From: Octopus sinensis
Lineage: Eukaryota
Direction of reading: 5' to 3'
Assembly: GCF_006345805.1 (NCBI RefSeq)
Contig: NC_043002.1
Coordinates: 44,144,001-44,208,000, forward strand
Length of the DNA: 64,000 nucleotides
Within the stretch, counting starts at the first letter, position 1. Each line of letters starts with the position of its first letter. Of the stretch, positions 1-13,189 are shown piece by piece. The translations under genes and the position numbers were made by a program. Below the pieces are notes generated by a model. It was given only the letters and a program-made list of their open reading frames with translations. It was not told where the DNA came from and did no database searches.

Positions 1-3000
1 ACATTGGATTGCAAGTGATGATTAGGTTAGGGTTGTTCTGTCTTTCCTACGCTGTCGTTTCACTCTGGTATCCGTTCTTTGGATTTCTTCTAAACGGGAT
101 ATTCCTACATTGGTCAAATTACACCAAACAGTGCGCTGAAACTGAAAAATAGATACACCCACGTGAAACTTTGAAAACCATTTGAAAAACCAGTTTCCTG
201 GGAAATTGAATATAGATGTGTACCCCGCCAAAATTGCTGGCCTTGTGTTACTAATTCAAACGCAAGACTAGAAAGGGATGGTAAGAATGCTAGATAGGGC
301 AGTACCCGGAAAACTATGGGAATAGTGGAAATAACCTGGAAAATAAGCGAAATAAGTTAGTGAATACCAAAAATCAAAGCGATTAGAAAGTTTAAAATTA
401 TGAATGCACAAAATGTAAATTATGCCCGTTAAAATCAGACAGCAAAATTTAAAATGCAGTTTACAGGTGTAAAGTCACATCAGAAGACATCTATATAGGT
501 ACCAGTTCATGTTTTATAAAACGGAGAATAGCTGACTACAAAAATTCTTTTAAAGATAAAAACAAGAATAATCATTCAAGCCTAAGCAAATTAATTTGGT
601 TGCTAAAGGACAGTAATAAAATATATTCGATTGAATGGGGAATAATTAGTAGGACTAAATCGTATTTCATAGGGAGTAAATGATGTCACTTTTGTGTTCA
701 GGAAATGTACCAAATTTTTATTTCAAAATGCAAATCTTATAAACTCAAGGCAGGAACGTGGTTCAAGGTGCCTTCATAAAAATAAATGTAATTTTATTAA
801 ATATAAGTATACTTAATTAAATATGAAAATTATAAATTATTAGAATAACAATCGAGTCGACAATAAAACAAATAATATACAATATTTAAATGTATACCTC
901 TAGAAATAAAAATTCTCCTTGAAATGTGTGGAATGGTAAGCTTTCTAATCTTAACCTATTTTCAGACTACACCTCACTCCACAATCCAAACTTAGCCGAG
1001 GTGAACCATGGATCACTGGAAATACAATTATTTATAGTAACACTAACGCCTAAAAACAATTTATTCAAATTCCTGATTTCTTTCGCTTAATTTCGAATGG
1101 CAGTAAGAAATGACCCTGATTATACTGTACCGACATTAGCACTAGCATGCACATTTAACAGTGTGCAGTCGATGCAGCTGAAACGTGTGCGTAGGTTCAT
1201 GTAAGTAACTGTTTAATAAAATTATAGATGTAAGAAATCTCCGCTCTCCCGATTATTATTAATACTATATATATATATATATATACTGACCTGGGGTTAA
1301 ACTCTAGCATTTACTCTTTATATCTATGTTACAGTTCGCTTAGCTTAATAACTTGAACACTGCTGATGCGATTTAAGATACCATATATGTATTCAGTTCT
1401 GTGCGTATATACATAAATAAATGTATCAAATAAGGACTTTTCAGCAGAACGTGGAAACTACAAGATAATAAAACAATCATCATTTATACTTCACACTAAG
1501 TACTTAAACTTAAGGACTGGGTTTCTCATAGCGCCTAGCTACAGTGAAAACAGATCGGAAATAGAAAGTTAATTGTGTTTGCCAAGCGCAAACAGGAAAA
1601 GAACATCAGTAACAGCAGCAACAGCGGAGGAGTACTAATTCCTTGGTCAATGGATAACCTATCTATAGTCTTTCACATTCTATCACAAATAGCTATTCCC
1701 TCTAAAAAATCATTTAATTTGAAAGAATAAATAGAAAATGTGACGTATTTTCCAGTCTTGATAGCGTCAGTTTTTGGTTGTTGATTTTGTTGAGTTTATT
1801 TGCTATGATTTACCACTGTTTTTAATGTTGTTTCATTCGAAAAGTAGACTAGCCAAGTTGAATTACTGAGCAACATAATACTCTATTTACACTAGATTTT
1901 AGGCACTTATTCAAATACACATAAGGAAACATCTTATTGATTTTGTTTGGAAAAGTAATCGAAAATAAGTAGACTAAAGTTATTGACAGAATGGAAACTG
2001 GAAATTTTCAGATAATGGGTCTTTTATACTTAGAGAGACATCCAACAACCAAAACCCCATCCAGTCTTTATATCCTGTATACTATGTTTGGCGAAACCTT
2101 ATAATGTGAGTGATTTCCCTGTTATAATAGCATTATTTGTGATAGATACGTTTCTTTAAGTGAAAACATCCTTAAAAATGCGTTCAAATATTTCAGTTTC
2201 TCAAGTGTTACCTGAAAGACTGCTGCTGTTGTTGCTGTTGTTGTTGCTGTCGTTTATCATCCAAATCAACCATAATGTAGCAGACGGATTATCAGAGACA
2301 TTTAAGAAATGACAATCGCATCTTTTTTTTTCATGCATCATGTACGCGAACTACATATTTTAGTGTGTCCTATATTTAGGACGGCAAAATTTAATTTACG
2401 AGAGATTGACTGCTGTTTCTACGAACAATCGTAGTATCTCCCTCGTTGACTGGGTTTTATCATTGTTGTTGTTTATTCCAAGATCAGAAAATATTGAGCA
2501 GACACATAATAATATGTATTCCTTTAGTGACCATCTCATATTACTTCTCATGTACTGTGCATCTATACACGATGTATTCTATGTTTTAAAGATTGTAAAG
2601 TGTCGCATGAGGAAATATGGCAAATATGTTTTGCAGATCGAGTGACAACGTAAAGGTTTCGTTGTTGGATTAGTATGCAATGGGTATGATTCTGTTTGGC
2701 GGGCATTCTAATGTTTAAAGTATTACTATCGTATATTATGTAAAGTACCTCGTCTTCAAACTGATTTGATATGGTTAACGTTTCTTACCAGTTAATAGCA
2801 TTAACAAGTTATTTCTTTGATATTTAAATTAAATGAAATTGGAAATTGTATGAAATAATTGCAAACATGAACACTGTAAGATAGAGGTTACTAATCACTG
2901 ACGTGCTTAGGTCAATAGCTATGAAAATACACGTAAATAGTGATGTATAATAAGTTTTCTGGGGTGAAGTGGTGATACATTACTAAAGGAAGTTTTGTTG

Positions 3001-3172
3001 TAAGCAAGCTTTTAATGTTTAATGTTACTTAAAGAGGGAAAAGTATTTTTCTAATGTTCTAACTGAGTCTTTAGAAGTTAATAAGTTCAATGTATCCACT
3101 GATAGAATTAGATTTAATAAAGATTAACAGATTTGATACTGTGGTCTGTAAATTTAGTTCTAAGGGTAAACA

Positions 3173-3267
3173 ATGTCCCGGGGTCGATTTGCTCGACTAA
3201 AGGCGGTGCTCCAGCATGGCCGCAGTCAAATGACTGAAACAAGTAAAAGAGTAAAAGAGTAAAGAGA
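3173..3267 (+). mobile_element. tRNA-derived SINE family A, 3' fragment
   Basis: ggggtcgatttgctcgactaaaggcggtgctccagcatggccgcagtcaaatgactgaaacaagt(aaaagagt)n matches the 3' ends of the full copies at 43738 and 44970. Confidence 0.8.
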
Positions 3268-3851
3268 ATGTAACACATTCATTTGTTATAGTATGAATAT
3301 TTGGGATATTTTTAGAAATAATTACCAAAGTGTTTATTTTTTAAGACAGTAATTGTTTTAATCTACTTAACTAGCATACATTTGTTTCCAAAACAAACAC
3401 CAATATTATGGATATTTGAACATTCAGTTATCAAAGATATTTATAAAACAAAAAAAAAAACAAAAAAACAAGCAGAATTGTTCTCTAGAATGTTTTATTG
3501 TGAAATCTATTTTAAATAATATATTTTTTGCAACAATCATAAAAGAATAAAGTAATTTAATTTGGCATGTGGCATATCACATGTTACATTGGACAAAAAT
3601 AAAATAAAATAAAAGGACTGAACTGTTATAACATTCAAAGAATTAAGGGAAGGTTTTGTTTACCTGTATTGCATGTTGATATTCGGCTGGTGAAAATTTA
3701 ATTTGCCTTGAACGAAAATCCAAAGAAAAAAGTATAGATGTTTTATCATCTCCATTTGAGGTATCTCAAAAAATAATGTATAATACTTTCAGAAATAATA
3801 CTTACCAGAAAAAACTTTCTTTACAAAGTTTTCTTTGTTCTTTAATTATAG

Positions 3852-3947
3852 CACTCGGTGAATTTTCAAACGTTCGACCTGAAGCAGTCCATGTGAAGGC
3901 CTACGAATTTGCAATCCTTATATGCAGTGAAATTAGATATAAACCAC
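3852..3947 (+). CDS. CNTN: Contactin-like exon, first half of Ig2
   Basis: ttatag|CA...CCAC|gtaagt; 96 nt, phase 1-1; [31 protein letters not shown]. Confidence 0.8.
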
Positions 3948-6900
3948 GTAAGTTTTCCCACAAAGAAAGCCGTCTTTAATTTATAGATTGTTTTATCTCC
4001 ATTTGAAGTATCTCAGAGGTAAAGGAACCGGCTATAAACAATTACTTATTTTATTACATTCAGTCAGGTTCTTTATTTCATATCAACAGCATGTAATACT
4101 AGAACCTATACCTAAGTGGTTCTCAAAGTGACAAATTGCTTGATACTAACAATAAGTGAAATATTTAGCACTCCCACCTTCTATTCATACAATTTTTGTT
4201 TCTAGAGGGCCCTAACTTGCCCGAATTAAGGTTATAAAAGATATTAATTTTAATAAGCAGGGATATTTGTCAACCCTTTTTTTCCAATCTTTTCAGCTTT
4301 CCATAGGAAATCTACCACCAAAATAAGCCCAAATTTTAATCAAAAACAGTTTAACCTAAGCATATTTCTGGTGCTGAAAATAACGAAGTGTTTTACCCTA
4401 TTCCTTATTTGCGATAAGAAATAGCCCCATGAGATAGAGATGGAATAAAATACTTGTTTTAATGAAAATATATTAGGTAATTTAATAACATTTAAAACAG
4501 AAAAGCGTATATATATACGTTGTTACCCACGTGTTACTCTTTTCATATTTATAATGTAAAATATAAATGTTATGAAAATCGTAACAGTTAATTCCTAATC
4601 ATCGGGGAGTACTTAAGAAAAATAAATAACAGGAGTATAAAACATCGTTGTGAGCAATAAAGTTTCCCGTGTATTCCATTTTCCGTCTCTATAATTTGTT
4701 TTATACCAAATGTACATTGAAGAATTTCTGAGGTAGATCCAGCACAATTGTGTAATTACCGTGGATGACGCCAGGTAGTCATAGGCAGTGAACGTGCTTA
4801 TCACCGTACTACAAAGAACATACCCAAAACCTAAATATTATGTGTGTGTGTATACGACGGGATTCTTTCAGTTTCTAACTACCAAATTCACTCACAAGGC
4901 TTTGGTCGGACCAAGGCTATAGTAGAAGATACTGGCCCAAGGTGCCACTCAGTGAGATTGAGCCAGGAACCATGTGGTTGCGAAGCAAGACTATGACCAC
5001 ACAACCATATATATATATATAATATATATATATATTTAAAAAAGGAGATGTGGAGCACGAGTTGTGATATATAAAAAAAGGAAATGAAGAAAATACTGAC
5101 AAAAATAATTTAAGTAAGGGAGAGTGTATTTAATTAGGTGAAAGTTCTTTTTACCGGTTGCGCATTTGTTATGCTTATCAAAAGATAGAGTTCCTTTCTG
5201 ATTGATTTGTTTCTCTTATCAGATAAGAGAAAAAAATCAATATATATATATATACAAGATAAGAAAATGGAGAAATACATCTAAATCAAATATCAATTAC
5301 CAGATAATACTCAATCACATACTTTATATATATTCTACTTATTATACAACATTACTCTTTTATGTACACTTTTTTATGTACATTCTTTCATGTACACTGA
5401 TTTGTTCTGCTTTTTATATTTAACCCTACAGTCTCTTATGTGGTGGTTTAATAAAGTATGTGATTGAGTATTATCTGGTAATTGATATTTGATTTAGATG
5501 TATTTCTCCATTTTCTTATCTTGTATTAGTAATTTGTGGTAAATCTTTTTACCTTTGCCCATATAATACAGTAAATGAATTGATTGCATCGCAATCATTA
5601 ACATTTATGTATTAACTTTGTTGAGTACTTCACTAGCAGTATATTGGATATATGTTATCCCATGGAGGGTTGCATTTACAACCCCTATCTCAATTTGTAT
5701 ATGGTATCTTAAATATATATATATATATTTGTTTGTATGAATATATATATATCTATATATATGTATGTATTTGTATGTATGTATATATGTATGGATATAT
5801 ATATTTGTATGTATATATATGTGTTTGCGCGTAATGTATATAATATGTATCTATCTATACTATAATGGAGAAATTTGCTTATTAATCACATATGTAACAA
5901 TTACTAAAAGTACTAAAAGAAAGCAATTATTAAAGTGTTGACTGTCTGGAAATATTTTTACAAATTCATATTGTAAGAAATTTTCTATACTTTTGATTTT
6001 TCAAGTTTAATGAATTTTTTAAACTCCAATTTCTCGCAAATATAAATGTTATTTGCTTTCACAGCATCCTATTCTTCACAAATTTAAATATTCACAGTAG
6101 AGTATTCCATTTTCATTTGGAAAGTCTCTCACTTTCTCTTTTAAGTTTTAGTTCGCTATTAGGAAAACCGATAGATTATTCTATTAATGTATAGGTAATG
6201 TAAAATCATTATTTAACGAATGAAAATGTTTTAAAATACCCGTATAATTTTTGAACGCGAGATAGCTCTGAGAAGAGCCTAGAAAGTTGGGTAATTATTA
6301 TAAGAAGACGAGGAGAAACAAAAGTTACCGACAAGTATTGAAACTTGCACTTTATTCACAGAGATGCACCTTATTCACTTTATTCACATAGATGCACATG
6401 CACACAAATGAAATGCAATGAATGTGTGTGTGTGTGTGTGTGTGAGTGTGTGATGTTCACTGACAAAAATTCGTGCTGTATCACTTTTGTGTCGCGGTTT
6501 CAAAGTGACAAAAATATTTTGACACAAATGAAATTCTAATGTTGAAGTGAGATGTCCCTTAACAGTACGACTTAAATACAGGTGTTACATACAAAACATT
6601 TTAAATGTACCCTAGCCCTAACTCTAACCCTACCCCTAACCCTAACCCACCCTAAAACTAACCCTCTCCTTTATATCGTTACGTAGATGCATCGGAATTT
6701 CTGCATTTAAGCGGGACGTCTGTACTTAAGTAGTACCGTGAAACTAACGGTTTTTGTGTGTTTTTGAACGGCTTTCAAACATCTTCCACGCTGAAGTTGT
6801 TTTTGTTTCAACACACCATCTCAGATCAAGTACATCTCCGTAATTTTTTTAAATAAATGTGGATAAATGCCAGCAATGACCTTCTCAGGCTCTCCAATAT

Positions 6901-9469
6901 TTTAATTTCTAAACAGAAACAATCGGGGGCAGGGAGTGAGGTTGCAAAAAAATTCATAATTTCTCAAATTTTCTTTTTTAAAGCATATTAATGTATTTAT
7001 GAGAGAAAATATTGAAAAACATCAATACAAGCGAGAGTGATAAAAAACGAGGAGGGTTGTCTTTGCATGTGCTAGAAACAACAGTCAAATTGCCCTTAAA
7101 TCACTTTTCCCACTGAAAATGTCAACAATTTATTATTATTTTTTTAAAGGAAAATGCTCTTCCCATGATTTCGAAGTGCAAAAAATATTGGCCAAAATAG
7201 GTCCAGAGTAGGATGATGAGGGAAGATAGGTTTAAAAAAAAAAGGAATCATCAAAACTTTTTGCATACAAAGATGCTCCCCCCCAACCCCATCATTTCGA
7301 GGGCTGTCGTTTAAAAAGAATAAGAAAAATCCCTGAAAAAATTTTCCCCTACAAATTTCTTTATAATCATAGTCTTTGCTGTTTGAAAGGGATTTGTATT
7401 AATTTTCATTAAAAGATACCCATCTTCCTGATAGTTACAAGGAGAAAAAGTCAGGTCGTGTGAATTTTCCGAAACTATTCTCTCCACATCCTTGAATACA
7501 TACACACTATAATCCATTCACACACACGCACATACACATAGACTGCATACATACGTGCATATAGCTTATGTGTATAGTAAAATAGAACCTCATTTATATT
7601 GCTTGTCCTTTAATAAATGTAAATCATTAATATATTAATACATACAAATACTGAGATTAATCTATTGATCTATCAATCAATCCGAGAATGCTTTAAAAAA
7701 CCATTCAGTTAAGTAAACAAATTTATATGTACATGCTTAATTGATTTTAATGTGACACGGACTTCATTTTTTATTGAACATCCACAAAAGGAATCACCTA
7801 CCAATGGGTTAAAGGAGATGCTGAGAATTTTGTTCGACCTACTAAACAGAAATACATGTTCATATCTTCCAATGGACGTTTGTATTTTGCGGAAGTTTCT
7901 ATCGCCGATCATGGGGTGTACCGATGTCTGGTGAAACTGTCGTCAGCTGTCAACAGCGTAATGGAAATTGATCAGCCCCCAAGCCGAATAAGTTTACCGA
8001 TACCCTTGGTTGTTTCGTTTTCATGTAAGTATTACACTTTATCAAGACTGATTTCAGAGATTATTGTTGGAAACAAAATGATAAGTTTGAGAGCCAATAT
8101 AAATGTCTTGTAACATTCTTTTCTACTCAAGGCACAAGGCCCGACATTTTGGGGGAGGGGGCCAGTCGATTAGATCGACCCCAATTCGCAACTGGTACTT
8201 AATTTATCGACCCTGAAAGGAGGAAAGGCAAAGTCGATCTCGGCGGAATTTAAACTCAGAACGAAAAGACAGAGGAAATACCTATTTCTTTACTAACCAC
8301 AAGGAACTAAACACAAGGAGGACAAACAAAGACAAACCAACGGATTAAGTCGATTATATCGACCCCAATGCGTAACTGGTACTTATTTAATCGACCCCAA
8401 AAGGATGAAAGGCAAAGTCGACCTCGGCTTTTAAAAAACAACCAATAATATTACATCAATTTTTATCAAGTTTAGACTAATCTGTGCGAGGTTTGGCCTT
8501 ACATCTAATCAATATTTTGTGGTTATTGTTTAATCCATAATCAATCCAGATAGATGAACATGCTAACTTGATAAAAAGGATTTTAGCCTTAATGTTTCTA
8601 AAAAAGAGATGGAAGAGATTGAGACTTGAAAAAATAATACTGTGTGTAATTTCTAACTCGTTGAGAAAGGCTAGAAGCTCAGAGTTCTTTTCCTCGAATT
8701 GTGTGCAGGGCACTTGCTGTGACTCTGAAGAAATCCCTCACCGTAATAATTTGCAGTTTTCAAGGTGATAGGTACTGACCATACGCATCAGGTCTCCATA
8801 GCGTACATCTTTTCTCCGATATCCCCAGTGTAAGTTAAGATCAACGTTAAAATCGAACCGGACTTTAAAAAGAAGGATTCTTTAGGAAAACCAGATTGAT
8901 GGGCTGCCTGTGTTGTAGCATGAGATTTTGGCAGTAGAAACACGCATCAACACGAACAACATCGACGTTACGCATTTTTGTTTTCAGTACGTCTACAAGC
9001 AAAGTTGGATAGATTGCCTTTTTACTAGGTTTTGTTTTTGTTTAGCCACATATCAGCACTAGTCGGAAGGCTTATTCCGAAGGATCAAAAGGATTCTAAC
9101 ACTAGTCATCCCTTTGTTCTGTATATTTATGAACATCTTGTTTAATGTGCCCTTCTTTTTTTAAGAGAGTAGTGTGTGATTCTAGGAAAGATTTGGATGT
9201 TATTTCCTGTAGATCGAGTGATCATATAGCTAACTTCCTCGAGTACTTAAGTGACCGCAATCATCTTTAACTGAAATAGGCGTTCGGTCGTTATCGTTTA
9301 ACTGACTGCCTATGCTTTGAGTCAGATCCCATTTGTGTCAGCAGCAGCGGCTTTTGCTATCATTGTTTGATTACCTTGCCGTTATGGGCACGAACAATGT
9401 GGTACTATAACCGGAACAAAATGGGTAGACACACTTTCTGTCTCACTAATGTTGGCTGGTAGTTGTTGT

Positions 9470-9501
<32 letters not shown>

Positions 9502-12500
9502 CGGTTTTTAGTAGAGGGGGTCATGTGGTTGGTGTCCCCCACGTTAGATGAGATGCGAGCGTCCCCGTGGCAGCGAACGATCGACACAAAACCGTGTGAA
9601 TCAAACTGCTTAATTACATCTCTATCTTTATACACCTAAGAGAGTAACTTGGTCCTGGTGAGACGATTCCATGTTTTGTTTTCAGCTGTTTTTGCATACG
9701 TTCACTATACCTTATAAAAATATTTAAATATAACAAAATTCAATAAAACGTTTGGCGTTGACAGCGAAAAGAGTGAATACTTCTCTCCATGAGTTATAAT
9801 ATAGAGTTTTATCCCTGTACATTCCAACATTCGCATTTTCATTGGAATTAATAAAATAAATATTAGTTACATACAGTATAGCCATTGTTTATAATATTTT
9901 ACCTGGGAGTAGTCGTTTTAGCTATCCCTAGATGAAAATTATCGCCTCCCTTGTGCTGTAGATTCACTGATAGCCAAATAACGAATTTCTTGCGCAATTT
10001 CTTTTCGCATTGGACACAAATAATGATCATTATTGGAAATATTGAATGACCATAGCCAGCAGCAGGCAAGGCACTTGTGCCTTGCCTGCTTGCTAGAACT
10101 CTATTCTTCAAAATGTTCAATTTGGGTTGTCTGTCGCCATTTTTTTTCTTGTTTTTTTTTTTCAGTTTTGCCCAGTTTCTCTGATTCTATGTCAACAGGT
10201 ATTTTAAGGGTTGTAGGGTCGTTGCTGCCGTTCTTTTACAGTTTTCCTTCTTTCAGTCAGAAATGAAAGACTCGTCTTGGAAAGTATGGACTGATCTGTA
10301 CATTTGAGTTGACAAATGACAGCAGTTACTTCAGCGCTTTTATTTGTTTCTTTTTTTTTTTTTTTTGCTTAGATAAGGTCACTGATGATCGTTCGAATGA
10401 GCCAGTCAAGCTGATTTTAATAATATTCTAAAGATAGCGCAACGTTCCAAACTTTTCAGAGGTCTGCAATCGGTTGTCAACACTTCAAATCTGTAGTAAA
10501 GAACTGAACAGCTAAGGCCTTGCAAACAACTATTAATGTATGGCTCAAAGTGGTACTCTAGAGCGAAATATATTCAGGAGTCTGATGTCTATAGATGAAG
10601 ATAAGTGCAAAATCTGAGTCCTCTTCAGGCTTATCTTCGTATGTTAGGAGGATGGTCTCTATGCTTTTCTCTGAGTTTACTGAAAGTTAAGCAGCAAATA
10701 TGCTCTTGGGTTTGAGTCATCTGATATCGAAAAATTTTCCATAGGTTGTCAGACGATTTTAAAGCTAATGGGGTTACTTGTAGATAATGTGTTGCATGAC
10801 CATGATGATGAATTCAACAATTACAAAATGTGCAATCGTAGAACTTGGAAAGGCTCAGATGCTGTACCACTGGAAACAACGTTTGCAGATATGTCATCAT
10901 GAAGAAGCCTTATAATTTTTTGAATTTCTTCGACAACAAACTACTGCAAGTATGCGCAAGAGAGAACCAAGGTAAACATTATCAAAAATATTCGATAGGT
11001 CTAAGAAGGCCCGATGGAGTGTTACATCATATCAGTCGTTCCTCCATTATCTCACGATAATGTCTGCAGTCTAATTCATTTCTTTTGTTTTTACAGATGT
11101 TAACAGTCATTGCCTGTTTGAGATCGTGTGTGATTTGTTTTAGGTTCAGATCTTGATGATCTTGGGCTCTGATCTTAATGAAAAGTTGATAAACTAGGTC
11201 ATTGATAAGGATCCCTCCTTCAATGAAGACTTAAGCAGAATGCTATTGATTCCAGCTGGTTTGTTATCCTTCAGACTTTTGAGGATGAGAAAGCTATTTT
11301 ACTTGATAAGATTTTTCTCAGGTTTATACCATTCTCTTGATTTGGGAGGAAACCGAGAACTTCATGCCAATGATTAAAGGGGGATGATTCAATAGGTTAT
11401 AAAGTAGTCTTTTCAAACAGATGTTCATTTCGTCAACAAGCACTAAGCCATAAGTAGATGGATCAGATGTGGATGTACTGGAAATAGCCTTCTAGTGTCG
11501 TTTATATCAGCAAGGGTTTATATGTCCTTTGTTGTGTCACCAGTTGTTTTCTAGGCTTCGAGTTCTCTTCTAAAGGTGCATTTTTCAGTTCTTGAAGCAA
11601 ATATTTTGGGGGCTTCAGATCGAGTTATTATTTTTAGAAGTCGAGGAAGGCTTCCCTTTCAGTGTCAATGAGTTGTTTTACTTTATAATTTTAATGACAC
11701 CAATCTTGATATTTTCATTATTTAAAAGCCGCGGTTTTCTTGACAAGGCTCAAACATGACATTCTTCGGCTATTCCCAATAAGTAATGACAAAGTTTAAG
11801 AATTCCCCGAGCAGGGAACCGGTGATGTCGAATTTCATTAGCTTAGATTTAGTTTTAACAGATTGTTTTGAACACATTGTCAATCTAGTCCCCGAACTGG
11901 ATAAATGATTATTTGTCTTCTGTCCAGTTGTCATCTGGCAAAACTCACGCTCCAAGTGAATGGAGAAACCACTCTAATTTCAATGCTGAGTTGATACAAG
12001 CTTATCAATGCCTTAAAGAAATATGTTTATAATTTCCTATTTTACACTTTCCCTGAATTAGAAGGTATTTACGCACAATAAAACAGAACCCTGTTGTTGT
12101 TACCGCTGGTTAACCTAAGGTTAGTGTTAGTCGTTACAACAAAGACCTTCCTAACGTTTTGTATTTCCGGAATTATATGTATCCAAAATGCCAAAATGTT
12201 CTTTCTTTTGTTAAGACAGTAGCGTGTGATTTTAAGGGAATATGACCGCTATTCTGAATGGTTGATTAGAAACCCTTGCATTAGATTCAGAAACCTGTTT
12301 TTCCTCGGCGTTTTAGAATGATAGGCAATGTAATCTCAGCAAGTTTACCTAGTACATTTTTACTAAAAGACTTAGTGTCTAAACAACATAAGTTATTTTT
12401 ACATCATCGCGCTACATGTTGTAATAACTTTCTTAGGAAGTTATTAGACAGTTCGTATAAGTTATCTTATATTAACTGACAGATGCTGAACATATTCAAA

Positions 12501-13154
12501 TAAGACATTCTCAAAGAAAGGAAGAGAAAGAAAACTGTGAGAACAGAAAATCTGCTCAGAAATGTCAATTTTACGAATACGTCGCATTGTATATTACTGC
12601 TTTGCCTCAGGTCAGCGCTAACCGAACAGACCTATAATGAAAAAGATTCTAGAACTATGCCATCTCGCATATTTTTCAACATGCATTTCCTTTTCTAAGA
12701 CAGGAGAAGGGAAATTATGGAAACTTCGGCTGGCGTTTTTAGTAGGACAAACGAGCACGTATTGTTTCTTTTATTGATTCGTGTATCATTATGTGGGTTA
12801 GTTAAGTAGACCAAAAGAAGGCTCACAAAATAGCCTTGTTCTTGACCTACTTTGCATCGTAAATGATGTAAATTCACTTACAATAAAAACAAACCTACGG
12901 AAATATTTGTAACTTTCCTGTAAAGTGGTATGAATATCTAAATCTTTTTACCTGTCTATTTAAATTTAACAAATCATATCTAAATAAGAAATCAATATAC
13001 ACGATTCCTTCTAAAGATTGTAGAGTACTACAAAATATTTTACTTATATAAATGACTTGCATGCATGAATATGTGTACATACGTATACATGTATATTTGT
13101 ATATAAGTAGATATGTATACATCTATGTACGAATATATCTGTGTATGTGTGGAA

Positions 13155-13189
<35 letters not shown>

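Noticed and set aside
1-540. Possible Helitron Rep remnant (minus-strand NNPNLIITCNP, similar to GKPDLFITFTCNP) or an upstream Ig1 exon ending at gatg|gtaaga (280)
   Set aside because: Only a short partial match with stops; no Ig cysteine or tryptophan pattern in any frame
966-1200. Segment bounded by ttcag| and |gtaagt that looks like an exon
   Set aside because: Stops in all three frames, no Ig motif, and phase incompatible with the next exon; at most a non-coding exon
10382-10410. CTGATGA...CGAATGAGCCAGTC hammerhead-like string
   Set aside because: GAAA incomplete, and no stem I or stem II pairing
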